In this document: piece by piece, positions 37,869 through 46,223 of the stretch
Layout: every line of letters starts with the position of its first letter
Position numbering within the stretch: the stretch's first letter is position 1
Source: a virus
Taxonomy: Duplodnaviria > Caudoviricetes
Virus record (IMG/VR): IMGVR_UViG_3300005937_000009
Coordinates: 8,190-72,189 of that record
DNA length: 64,000 bases
Direction: 5' to 3' (one strand)
Notes under the pieces: model-generated
The model's database searches: none
What the model saw: only the letters and a program-made list of their open reading frames with translations
What the model was told of the DNA's origin: nothing
Position numbers and translations under genes: made by a program

Positions 37869-38510
37869 TTAGGGAGCAATTACGATTCCACCGTAGACGC
37901 CCGGTTGAGTTCGGGGACCGGTCAGGACACCATTTGATTGCCGGTCAAGTTTGCCACCGACGAGAAAGCCGAAGTGTTCACCAGTCATCTTGATCAGGTA
38001 GCCGTTGAGTTGCCAGCCGCGAAACACCTTTGTACCGGTGTCGTTATTCACATCATCAAAGAGGCATTTATACATCAGGCGGGCGTGAGTCTTCATCTTC
38101 CCGGTGTCCGTAGTGTTCAGGTATTCGGCGCCGATGCCAGCGGTAGGATTGACGATCGTAACACTGTTAAAGCGCTGCATATCGGCACCACCGAGGACGA
38201 CAGCCGACCAGTGAGCCGAGATTGGGATTGACATGGTACCTTCGGGGTCCGCTTCGAAGGCCGCGCCGCCGCCGTTATCAAAGAAGCGCGGCTGGTTGAA
38301 GAGCCCCATAAATCCCCCCATCCCGATTTTGACCGGGCCGACGGGGAACACGAATTGACCCATGACCATGCCTCCGGCCTGAGTCTGGGAGCCTCCCGGT
38401 GAGCCGTTGCTAGAGGTCGTGGCGATTTGGGGACCAAGGGCGATGAAGGATTGAGCGCGGGCGCCGATAGTCAAGAGCGCCAGCAAGCAAAGTGCAAAAA
38501 CTGCTTTCAT
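37869..38510 (-). CDS. Signal-peptide-bearing outer-membrane beta-barrel-like protein
   Basis: MKAVFALCLLALLTIGARA-QS leader; alternating amphipathic Gly/aromatic beta strands. Confidence 0.55.
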   Translation of the reverse strand: MKAVFALCLLALLTIGARAQSFIALGPQIATTSSNGSPGGSQTQAGGMVMGQFVFPVGPVKIGMGGFMGLFNQPRFFDNGGGAAFEADPEGTMSIPISAHWSAVVLGGADMQRFNSVTIVNPTAGIGAEYLNTTDTGKMKTHARLMYKCLFDDVNNDTGTKVFRGWQLNGYLIKMTGEHFGFLVGGKLDRQSNGVLTGPRTQPGVYGGIVIAP

Positions 38511-38565
38511 TCTGTGAATCTCCGTTGAATTGTTGTGAACCTTCATCACCAGCAAAGCGGGCGGC

Positions 38566-38928
38566 TTATTCGAACTGCCGCTTAATTACGATCTCGTTCT
38601 TTATGGTCGCCGGGGCGCACATCTCTTGGATGGCGCGTTGCCGTTCGGCGGATTCCCGGATTCCGCGAGGACTGTAGACCCTGGCGCGTTCGACGGCAGC
38701 CCAGCTTGAGGGGATTGACGCCATATACACCCTGTTTGAGTTGTATAGTCCCGGATTTCCGTTTTCATCAAAGCGGATATGGTAGCCCTCGGCCAGGCGT
38801 GCATTGGTCGATTCTGCGCGGCGCACGATCCATTTACGATCTACCCATTCACGCCAGCGATAGGCCGGCATGCGGTGTTTTTTGCCGTCGGGCAGGGTGA
38901 TCGTAAAGCGGGTGCCGTGTTTGGCCAT
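38566..38928 (-). CDS. Hypothetical protein
   Basis: 120-aa ORF. Confidence 0.55.
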   Translation of the reverse strand: MAKHGTRFTITLPDGKKHRMPAYRWREWVDRKWIVRRAESTNARLAEGYHIRFDENGNPGLYNSNRVYMASIPSSWAAVERARVYSPRGIRESAERQRAIQEMCAPATIKNEIVIKRQFE

Positions 38929-38935
38929 TGATTGT

Positions 38936-39126
38936 CAAAACGCAAGCGGCAAACAGGCGAAAGGAACGGATAAAAACCTGTATACCGCTTGCCCGTCATT
39001 CCCTCGTGCGTGGCGAGAGAAGAGAACAGTAGCTATTCAATTCAGAGGTGGGATCGCCTCAGCTACAAGGTGGTCTCCGGTCCCACCCCTGATTGTCGCG
39101 CCCTCCCCCCACAGGTAAGCGCGACA
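38936..39126 (-). ncRNA. Candidate structured intergenic RNA (three hairpins, possible pseudoknot)
   Basis: Stems TGTCGCGC/GCGCGACA, GGTGGGACCG/CGATCCCACC, GCAAGCGG/CCGCTTGC; loop GTAGCT complementary to downstream AGCTAC. Confidence 0.35.
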
Positions 39127-39136
39127 CTCGAAAAAC

Positions 39137-39586
39137 TCATGGTTGCCCGGCCGCAAGGGGGAAGACTTGGGCGATATAGTACGCGGCACCTCCCCATGGC
39201 CAGACGGGTATCAACTCGATCTTGGCCAGGAACTCTTCGCCGTTGGCTTTCAGAGCTGGCAAGGGGTCACGTTCTCCCATGCTGCGTCGGATTGGATTCT
39301 GTCGATAGAGGTTCAAACCCTGCAAATGAGCCGCATGATAGCGTTCGGCCAACAGCTTATTGATATGGTGCCCCTGGAGTTGCCGGGGTTCGTAGCCAAA
39401 TAGTTGCTCAAGGGGAGGGGTCGCGTAGTAGATCAGGAAATCCGGATCGTTGATCAGAACGGCGCAGGAAGCGGCACCGACCAGGCTTTGTAACTCTTCT
39501 TCGCGGACGCGGGCATGGAAAGCGGTGAGAGCCTGCATTTGCAGGTTCTTCAGGGCGTTGATCTCTTCGCGGATTGTATCTGTCAT
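39137..39586 (-). CDS. Standalone PAS-domain protein (FixL-like pattern)
   Basis: IYYATPPLEQLFGYEPRQLQGHHINKLLAERYHAAH..Y..NP..RSMG..LPALKANGEEF..IEL. Confidence 0.85.
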   Translation of the reverse strand: MTDTIREEINALKNLQMQALTAFHARVREEELQSLVGAASCAVLINDPDFLIYYATPPLEQLFGYEPRQLQGHHINKLLAERYHAAHLQGLNLYRQNPIRRSMGERDPLPALKANGEEFLAKIELIPVWPWGGAAYYIAQVFPLAAGQP

Positions 39587-39837
39587 TTGATTTTCAGGAC
39601 CATTGCGGCCAGCGTTCCGACCAATGCCAGGAGGTTGAGAACGAAGACCGTGAGCACTTTGATTGCGGCGCTTTCAAGCCGGTCAATCCGTTTAGTGTTA
39701 TCTTCCTGGCCCGCTTTAATTCCGTCCAAAATCAATAAGATGCGCGCATTAAAAACCGCTTGTTCAATTTCTTCAGAGTCGTTGACTGGTGTACTGCGTT
39801 TAGCCATCGCTGCTGTTGGAGAGTGCGAGAGTTCCAT
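39583..39837 (-). CDS. Small coiled-coil + C-terminal TM protein (possible lysis-associated)
   Basis: KRIDRLE followed by one hydrophobic helix; ATGA-coupled to the PAS gene. Confidence 0.55.
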   Translation of the reverse strand: MELSHSPTAAMAKRSTPVNDSEEIEQAVFNARILLILDGIKAGQEDNTKRIDRLESAAIKVLTVFVLNLLALVGTLAAMVLKIK

Positions 39838-40119
39838 TTAGAACTGGAAGAAAGCGGCATAATGCGCATTGATTAACGGGGTTAGCCGATACTCTAATCT
39901 GGTCAGTTGCAGGCCATCGGCTAACCCACCCTTACTACCACTAGGCGTTGATATATCATGGGCGTGCGCACCATGGCAAGGGAATTGGAGAGAAGGGGAT
40001 AAGGGAAGCGAGAGGGAAAAAGAAGGGGCTAACCGGTAAGGTTAACCCCGTCACCTATTGCCTTTAGTGTGAAAATGGCTCAAAAAACCACTCAATGTCT
40101 TATCTTCAGCGTGCGCACC

Positions 40120-40386
40120 TTACCACACGTTAGCGCTGGTGGCAACGTCTTTGCCGCCTTTCGCGGCCTCGACCTGGCGCCCGTATGCGCGGCGGAAGTC
40201 GTCGGGCCATTCATCGTCAAGGCCAAGGTCATGATGCTCGATCGTGGCGGTGATGTATTCTTCGGGATCCACGCCATGCCGGATGATAAGGGCGGCCTCG
40301 GCGCGGACATCTTCAACGCAATGCTGCTCAACCAGCGCTACGGCTTCTTTCGCGGTTAAGGTCTGTTGTGTTGTACTCATGTTCAC
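40120..40386 (-). CDS. Hypothetical protein
   Basis: Acidic 88-aa ORF in a coupled early cluster. Confidence 0.5.
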   Translation of the reverse strand: MNMSTTQQTLTAKEAVALVEQHCVEDVRAEAALIIRHGVDPEEYITATIEHHDLGLDDEWPDDFRRAYGRQVEAAKGGKDVATSANVW

Positions 40387-40658
40387 TGTCCTTTTTGTTT
40401 TTGTTTGGCCCGGTGCTTCCGGCTGCGTAAAGTGCTGGCCGTAGGTTCCGGGCCGGTTAGTTTTCGACCTGCTCTACTGAGCCGCTTTTGCTCAGCTTCA
40501 TCAAGTCGGCTGAACTGCTTACACAAAGCCCGTATATAGGGCTTAAACTCGCTGCTAAGGAGGATTGGCCCTCTGTCGCCACACGTCCATGGTAGTAAGT
40601 GATCTTCAATCACTTGGCGTGCGGCGGCAAGTTGTTGTTCGAGGTCTGCACGTCGCAT
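40383..40658 (-). CDS. Hypothetical protein
   Basis: 91-aa ORF, coupled. Confidence 0.5.
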   Translation of the reverse strand: MRRADLEQQLAAARQVIEDHLLPWTCGDRGPILLSSEFKPYIRALCKQFSRLDEAEQKRLSRAGRKLTGPEPTASTLRSRKHRAKQKQKGQ

Positions 40659-40660
40659 AT

Positions 40661-40891
40661 TTACATCAACGTAATGGTGCCATCGATGTTCAAGATAGAC
40701 GTAAGCTTACGGCAACCATGGGCATAAGTCGTAAAATCCGCAAAACATCGGCAATCTGAGGGGCAAAGCTTCTTACGCAACGTTCTGACCTGTTTAGCGT
40801 TTAGGGTCAGATTGCCCTGATCCGTGATTACGCTGAGCGCCGTAGCGCTGGTATTGTGAAAGCCATTAGTGGCGGTGACTCTTTCTCTCAT
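40661..40891 (-). CDS. Hypothetical protein
   Basis: 76 aa, SD GAGGAG, CxxxCxC motif. Confidence 0.5.
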   Translation of the reverse strand: MRERVTATNGFHNTSATALSVITDQGNLTLNAKQVRTLRKKLCPSDCRCFADFTTYAHGCRKLTSILNIDGTITLM

Positions 40892-40915
40892 GGTGTCATC
40901 TCCTCTCTTACAGAC

Positions 40916-41185
40916 TTACAGATACTTTGCAAATGCAGGAAAACGCTCGCCCATTCCGGCCCGCTTCCATTCCTCGCGTGAGTCTTTGCAGGCATCGCAA
41001 ATGCGCGCACCTACCAAGAATTGCGGTTCTTTTGAGAGATATTTACCACAACCGGAACAATGGCGACCACAGGTGCAGAACATCTCTTGAAGTGCTTCAA
41101 AGGAAAGCGTGTCAATCTCCCGGCACATCCGGCAAGATACGATCTCTGGCACTTCGTTGCCATCTTTATCTATGAAGGTCTTCAT
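40916..41185 (-). CDS. Zinc-finger-like hypothetical protein
   Basis: Start MKTFIDK after GAGAGGA; several CxxC pairs. Confidence 0.5.
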   Translation of the reverse strand: MKTFIDKDGNEVPEIVSCRMCREIDTLSFEALQEMFCTCGRHCSGCGKYLSKEPQFLVGARICDACKDSREEWKRAGMGERFPAFAKYL

Positions 41186-41234
41186 GGTGTCATTTCCTCT
41201 CTGTGCGAGCGGGGGAAGCTCGCGGGATATGTGT

Positions 41235-41432
41235 CTAGTCCAAGGAAACACCTATACCTCTCAAAAAGTCCCGGATGGCGTCTTGCTCTCTTATGGTGCC
41301 ATCGGCTACTACTGGTCCATACTCGGCTAGAGCATCATTCTCCTCGTCGGTCAGGATAAAAGTCTCGTTATTGTAAGTAACCGTGTAAGCGGTCACAAAA
41401 TCACCTTCTCGGTTTCTGATCCAAATAGCCAT
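41235..41432 (-). CDS. Hypothetical protein
   Basis: Start MAIWIRN after AGGAGGA. Confidence 0.5.
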   Translation of the reverse strand: MAIWIRNREGDFVTAYTVTYNNETFILTDEENDALAEYGPVVADGTIREQDAIRDFLRGIGVSLD

Positions 41433-41493
41433 CTTCTGTCCTCCTTTTTCGTAGCCCGCCGGGGAGCGCGGGCGGTTAGTCGCCCTAACACTG

Positions 41494-41853
41494 TTAAAAT
41501 CCTGCACCTTTCAGCCATGTACCATCATTCACTACCGGGATTACACTAAAAATCAAGCTATCATCAAAGCGCGCAGCAAAGGCTGAATCCTTTTTGCGTA
41601 GAAGATCCGCAATTGCGTAGACCAAGTTATTGCGGTTCTCAATCACCCACTTGGCGCTTTGTACTTGATCCGCCAGTGTATTGCGCAGTTTCTTCACGAA
41701 AGCAATCTGCTCACCATAGAGTTTCTGACTGATCTCACTTCTCTGATCCTTCGGCGGAATCGGAGCCAGCATCTTATCAATTCGAGCGACCTCAATATTG
41801 ATTAGGTCTGTTGCCCATTTGATTTGTGCTTCGCTGCCTTTCGTGACTGCCAT
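41494..41853 (-). CDS. Hypothetical protein
   Basis: KGSEAQIKWA..I..motif; SD AAGGAG; first gene after the 41.9-kb promoter. Confidence 0.6.
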   Translation of the reverse strand: MAVTKGSEAQIKWATDLINIEVARIDKMLAPIPPKDQRSEISQKLYGEQIAFVKKLRNTLADQVQSAKWVIENRNNLVYAIADLLRKKDSAFAARFDDSLIFSVIPVVNDGTWLKGAGF

Positions 41854-41907
41854 CTTCGTAATCTCCTTGTTTCGTTGCTGTCATCCGGTGTCCATCACCG
41901 TGAGTGC

Positions 41908-41936
41908 ACTATACCCCTGTCCCAATCCAATTGCAA
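41908..41936 (-). promoter_or_regulatory. Sigma70-type promoter
   Basis: TTGCAA-17-TATAGT on the minus strand upstream of 41853. Confidence 0.65.
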
Positions 41937-42252
41937 CATCTTTTACATTAAAATCACGCTACTCTCAATAATTTTTCGCTGATTCGTGTTGAGAGTAGAG
42001 AGCGGGCAAAAAAAGACCGGGAAGCGATACGGCCACCCGGTTCCAAGAGGTTCATTCTTAAGGTAATACATTCAACATTGCTGTTAATGCATCAAGTCAG
42101 TCTTGACAGCTCTGGGTCCGTTACCCAGAGTAAAGAACAAAAGCTTAGGTTAAATACGCTGTGCCCAGCCCTAAGCTTAAGCCGACACCTTCCGGCCCGG
42201 TGGCATTGTACGCACCGTGCGGGAAAGAGGGAAGGGGAGCGGCGGGGAATTG

Positions 42253-42447
42253 TCAGTATGAAAACGGGCATTCCCAATCACAGTATTCGGTTCCAGCCAG
42301 CGCACAGCCGCCGGTACGATCCTTGCCGCATTCGTTGAAGAGATCATCTAGCGCATCATCGTCGGTGAACTCTTCGCCATCATCGCGCTGCCGGTTGAGG
42401 TTCAAGAACTCTTTCGTTTCGCATATGGCGTCTTTCAATGGCTTCAT
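42253..42447 (-). CDS. Small acidic Cys-rich protein
   Basis: ECG..GGCALAGTEYCDWECPF. Confidence 0.55.
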   Translation of the reverse strand: MKPLKDAICETKEFLNLNRQRDDGEEFTDDDALDDLFNECGKDRTGGCALAGTEYCDWECPFSY

Positions 42448-43718
42448 TGCTCCTCCAGTTCATTGATCATCATGGCAATCATTTGCGGGATCTGGGGGAG
42501 ACAGGCGTTCCCGATCGCCGTGAGGGCACATCGACGCCATCTAGCCAATCTTCGGGAAGACCCATTAGCTGTAGGGTCCAGCGGGGCGAAAGTGATGCGC
42601 GGGACTTCCCATGCATATTGCTGCTCTCCGGGTCGAGCTGGCCAACCTGTTCCGATAATGGCCGCGAGTTGCGTTCTAGCGTCTCCTGTGAAGCGTGGAT
42701 GCTGCGATAGTCCCGAGACGTTGGCGTCGCCCAAGACGCCAACGTCTCGGCCTCGATCTCTTTCACTTGATGCACAAGCTGTATTTGCCCCTCGCCTTTG
42801 CGCGTCCCGCCTTTCGCATCGACATCGACAGTGTTGGGAGTTCTCCAGTTCTCTAACTCCATCACTTCGCCCGCTAAGCATCTGCCGTGTCCGTTGCCGT
42901 GCGAGGGCGGCCGTTTGGTGGTGCGGTTCTCGTTGGCCGACGCACGGGGCGTCGGCCACAGCTTCGTGACCGCATAATTCAAATCTACCTGCCGCTTCTT
43001 CCCGTCTTCCGTTTGCCCGGTCGCGTTCATCGGCTTCGCTGGCTTCCGGCCTCCATTCGGACAACATGGCGTTGGCCTGGCCAACGCCATCACTTTGGTA
43101 CTCAAGCCATCGCCGCTGGTCGCTGAGCATCCCTTGCGGTTGTGGTTGCCATTCACTGTAGGAGTCGGCCTGGCCGACTCCTCGCCGGTCGCATCGTCGG
43201 GCAATAAACCAGACTCGCTCTCTCTTGTGTGGCGCACCGATATCTTCAGCAGCGATGCAGACGGCCCAAACCTCGTAACCGAGAGACTGAAACTGTGCCG
43301 CAAGCCAAGTGCGGAACCCAATACCGTCAACTTCGAGTGTAAGGATTCCGCAAGGGTTCTCCGCCAGCACCCACACGGGATCAACCTCACGCACCAAGCG
43401 CAGATACTCAGGCCATAGCCATCGATCGTCCTTGCATCCTCTGCGGTCTCCCGCGACACTGGCCGACTGGCAGGGAGGTCCGCCGATAATGGCATCAATT
43501 CGCCCGCATTCTCTTCGAATAGATTCCCCTGAAACATTTTTGACATCCTTCCATTTCGGCACCAATGGCCAATGCTTATACAGCACGTTTTGACAGAACT
43601 CGTCAATCTCGATCTGGCCTACGATATCCCATCCGGCGTTTTCAACCCCGTAGTCGAACGCTCCCAGTCCCGAGAAGATCGATAGAGTATTCACCTTGCA
43701 CCTTTGCCTTTCTCGCAT
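42444..43718 (-). CDS. C5-cytosine DNA methyltransferase, alpha chain
   Basis: Motif I LSIFSGLG, motif IV GGPPCQ, motif VI ENPCG, motif VIII APHKRERVWF, motif X AIGNACLPQ. Confidence 0.9.
   Translation of the reverse strand: MRERQRCKVNTLSIFSGLGAFDYGVENAGWDIVGQIEIDEFCQNVLYKHWPLVPKWKDVKNVSGESIRRECGRIDAIIGGPPCQSASVAGDRRGCKDDRWLWPEYLRLVREVDPVWVLAENPCGILTLEVDGIGFRTWLAAQFQSLGYEVWAVCIAAEDIGAPHKRERVWFIARRCDRRGVGQADSYSEWQPQPQGMLSDQRRWLEYQSDGVGQANAMLSEWRPEASEADERDRANGRREEAAGRFELCGHEAVADAPCVGQREPHHQTAALARQRTRQMLSGRSDGVRELENSQHCRCRCERRDAQRRGANTACASSERDRGRDVGVLGDANVSGLSQHPRFTGDARTQLAAIIGTGWPARPGEQQYAWEVPRITFAPLDPTANGSSRRLARWRRCALTAIGNACLPQIPQMIAMMINELEEQ
42479..43546 (-). CDS. Probable C5 methyltransferase beta chain in an alternative frame inside the alpha gene
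   Basis: Five (W/R)-x-TP modules (ARPTP x2, LWPTP, NWRTP, SWATP) and motif IX LSPRWTLQLMGLPEDW. Confidence 0.75.
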   Translation of the reverse strand: MSKMFQGNLFEENAGELMPLSADLPASRPVSRETAEDARTIDGYGLSICAWCVRLIPCGCWRRTLAESLHSKLTVLGSALGLRHSFSLSVTRFGPSASLLKISVRHTRESESGLLPDDATGEESARPTPTVNGNHNRKGCSATSGDGLSTKVMALARPTPCCPNGGRKPAKPMNATGQTEDGKKRQVDLNYAVTKLWPTPRASANENRTTKRPPSHGNGHGRCLAGEVMELENWRTPNTVDVDAKGGTRKGEGQIQLVHQVKEIEAETLASWATPTSRDYRSIHASQETLERNSRPLSEQVGQLDPESSNMHGKSRASLSPRWTLQLMGLPEDWLDGVDVPSRRSGTPVSPRSRK

Positions 43719-43851
43719 TCCACACAGTACCGATCGTTGGGCGGGTCCGCTCGCTGCAATACGGTCCTACTGGTGAGCGGCCCATGCTTCATCCAGCGTT
43801 TGCAGCCTTTGCACTTCAGCCGAGCGTAGAGACGCGCTAGTTTCGATCCGC

Positions 43852-44478
43852 CTACGGGCATGCGATCACCTCGCCTTGTTGTGCCAGGAAGCGTAATAAA
43901 CCGCCGAGTTGCGCCTTATCGCCTCTCATCCATCCGGTTCCATCGCATGACTCGATACCGTATTGTTTGCACAATCGCAGACCGCGCCAGCCGTTGACCC
44001 GACCACAATGGACACGCGGAAAACTTTGGGTCCACGTCGGGAGCGTGTTCCACTTCCATGCCGTGGATCCGCCCACAAAAATTACGTCGGCTTCGTTCGG
44101 CACGTCCTGCGGTGTCATACCATCCTGCACAGCGAAGGCAAGAGGGAAGCCATAAGCGTGGACTGTTGGATACCATCTCTCCCATTCTTTCAACGTGTCT
44201 GCGCGATTGGCCACGACATCAGGGACCAACACCCAGAGCGGCTTATAACCGCGAAATCCGGCCTCAGTTGCCCAATCAAGCAATTTGAAATAAGCAGGCT
44301 CATTCCACGTCTCGCCCTTGCTCCATGCGACAAATCGGCCATTATCAAGCGCATAAGGAAGCCATTCATAGGGGCCTCGCTGTCCGCCCGGACTGTACAG
44401 ATGCCCTAATGAGTCAGGATACCGGCCCGCTAGATAGTGAATCATCGATGCCGAGTTGTTAGCAGGAAAGATTTTCAT
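43852..44478 (-). CDS. Conserved phage protein, possibly a TGT/DpdA-like TIM barrel
   Basis: YALDNG, LVPDVV, AFAVQDG, FVGGST.WK, HCGRVN, ESCDGTGW motifs. Confidence 0.45.
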   Translation of the reverse strand: MKIFPANNSASMIHYLAGRYPDSLGHLYSPGGQRGPYEWLPYALDNGRFVAWSKGETWNEPAYFKLLDWATEAGFRGYKPLWVLVPDVVANRADTLKEWERWYPTVHAYGFPLAFAVQDGMTPQDVPNEADVIFVGGSTAWKWNTLPTWTQSFPRVHCGRVNGWRGLRLCKQYGIESCDGTGWMRGDKAQLGGLLRFLAQQGEVIACP

Positions 44479-44794
44479 TGCCCCGTCCCTTCGTCTCTTC
44501 CTGAGCCCATCCATTAGCCTTGTGGAACTTGCAGACTGCAATACATCGGCATTCGCGCCAATGGTCCTGCGGCCGTTCCCTTGGCATGTGCTCGGTCATG
44601 ATCAGTTCGTAAGCCTTGCGCCATGCGCCAATCGCGTTGCCTGATCGCCATTGCTTGGGGAGGGGATAGCCGAACAGGATGATTGAGTATTCGCGTTTTT
44701 TCTTATCTCCCCAACGGCTGCGCCCGCTGGTCTTGAAAGAGTGCGCATACGGGTAACGTGCGATCACCTCTCGTTTGTAGTCAATCTTCTCCAT
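44459..44794 (-). CDS. Hypothetical protein
   Basis: 111-aa ORF. Confidence 0.45.
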   Translation of the reverse strand: MEKIDYKREVIARYPYAHSFKTSGRSRWGDKKKREYSIILFGYPLPKQWRSGNAIGAWRKAYELIMTEHMPRERPQDHWRECRCIAVCKFHKANGWAQEETKGRGNENLSC

Positions 44795-44803
44795 CGTTCC
44801 ACC

Positions 44804-45328
44804 TTACCATTTCGCGGCCTGTGCCCCGTTGCACTTCGGGCATGGCCTCGCGCCTTTACTCGTTTTCGTTGTTGGGTCCATTACGATTTCGAAGCCGTCA
44901 AGGCAATCCGGATTGCGGCATCGTTCGCCTTTCTGTCGAGGTTCTACAGGGGCCTGCGCTTCACGCGCCCACTCTTCGCCTTTCTCCTCCCAGACCTGCG
45001 AAATCTCAGAAACAGCAAGCGGAAAACTGCTCTTGTGCCGTTTAATGGCGACCAGATAACACCGGTCAAGATAGCTCAATGGGATTTCGTGCAACACTTC
45101 GCCCCATGCGCCGATCATGATCAGCATTTCATCGCTGCCAGGGTCAAGTACGTCCTGATTGCACGCGGCGCGGGCTCGCTGAATCAACGAGAATATCCGC
45201 TCCTGACGCTCCTGTTGCGCCCTCTGGGCCTCGGCTTGGTCGATTAAAGCCGAGGCGTTGGAGGGTGAGCGAGGCGTTTCTTTCGTTTCGTTCGGCACGA
45301 CTTTCAAATCGGGCTTTAGTTTCTGCAT
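44804..45328 (-). CDS. Probable helicase loader/inhibitor-like protein with C-terminal zinc ribbon
   Basis: Follows the initiator; AWGEVLHEIP..FP..SEI and CRNPDC...CPKC. Confidence 0.5.
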   Translation of the reverse strand: MQKLKPDLKVVPNETKETPRSPSNASALIDQAEAQRAQQERQERIFSLIQRARAACNQDVLDPGSDEMLIMIGAWGEVLHEIPLSYLDRCYLVAIKRHKSSFPLAVSEISQVWEEKGEEWAREAQAPVEPRQKGERCRNPDCLDGFEIVMDPTTKTSKGARPCPKCNGAQAAKW

Positions 45329-46223
45329 GTGGTTCCTCTCGAACAGGTTTAAGACTTTCCGCGAATAAATCCCGGAAGTTCCACCGGTTCAAAGTCGATC
45401 GCGGGTGCGTGCGTTTCAGCCAATCGGGGAAATTTCTAATCTGGCCTGGAGTCGCCTTGTACTTCATCGCCAAGACCCCTAAGACCTGCAATTCGTTCCA
45501 GTTGTAAGCCGGAAAGATGTCCGATAGAGCGTCAAACACATTCCCTACGTCGGCGTCGGGTAGGGGCTCAGCCCCCCCCACTACCACGGGCAGGCGTACA
45601 GGTGGGGGTGTATACGGGATCTTAGGGGGTGGGATCTCTTCTTCTTTGCATGTCTGCATGTTTGTATGCATGTATGTATGGCTTGACTGCGCTTGACTGC
45701 GCTTGACCGGGCTTAGCCGCGCTTGACCGGGCTTAGCCTGACTAGGCCCTGCTTGAGTCTGATAACCTGTGTTATGTTCGGCTTGACCGGGCTTAGCGCC
45801 GTCTGGCTCGGTTTGGCTTTGGTTATCAGACCCAGCCTCGGCAGGTAGCGGACTATGCCCATTAGTGGCGGCTTTAACCTGCGCAGCTTGTGCGCGGGCA
45901 ATGCCACCCTGGCGCCCATTATTGGCCATTCGTTCGGCGAACTCCTGTCGCTCCTGAATCGTCTGAGCGGCCAGATTGATCATCATTTTTCCATTTTGGA
46001 AGGTGGCAAGGCGTTTGAGATATGGTCTCAGGGCTTTGATCCGCTCGGGCTCCATAGCGGTCATAAACGCCAGTTCTTCGTCATCATCGGGGAGGGGACC
46101 GAGTTCCAGGCAATAATCAACGAGGTAGAGAAATTCTGCCCGTTGTGTGCCATTGGGGATGGCTGCCGCGACCGCGAGCCGTCGAGCTGGCCACATCTTG
46201 AACCAGTTAGAGTCTTGAGCCAT
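45144..46223 (-). CDS. Phage replication initiator (YdaU/DUF1376-like N-terminus)
   Basis: WFKMWP..G.LPDDDEELA N-terminal wHTH, central iteron-encoded low-complexity linker. Confidence 0.75.
   Translation of the reverse strand: MAQDSNWFKMWPARRLAVAAAIPNGTQRAEFLYLVDYCLELGPLPDDDEELAFMTAMEPERIKALRPYLKRLATFQNGKMMINLAAQTIQERQEFAERMANNGRQGGIARAQAAQVKAATNGHSPLPAEAGSDNQSQTEPDGAKPGQAEHNTGYQTQAGPSQAKPGQARLSPVKRSQAQSSHTYMHTNMQTCKEEEIPPPKIPYTPPPVRLPVVVGGAEPLPDADVGNVFDALSDIFPAYNWNELQVLGVLAMKYKATPGQIRNFPDWLKRTHPRSTLNRWNFRDLFAESLKPVREEPHAETKARFESRAERNERNASLTLQRLGFNRPSRGPEGATGASGADILVDSASPRRVQSGRT
45681..45820. repeat. Iteron-like 10-bp-phased repeats, probable replication origin
   Basis: GCTTGACTGC x2 and GCTTGACCGGGCTTAG x3 (45701, 45721, 45781), all in 10-bp phase, inside the initiator gene. 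Confidence 0.7.

Noticed and set aside
36620-39837. Endolysin in the lysis region
   Set aside because: No amidase, muramidase or peptidase motifs in these ORFs; it may lie outside the window
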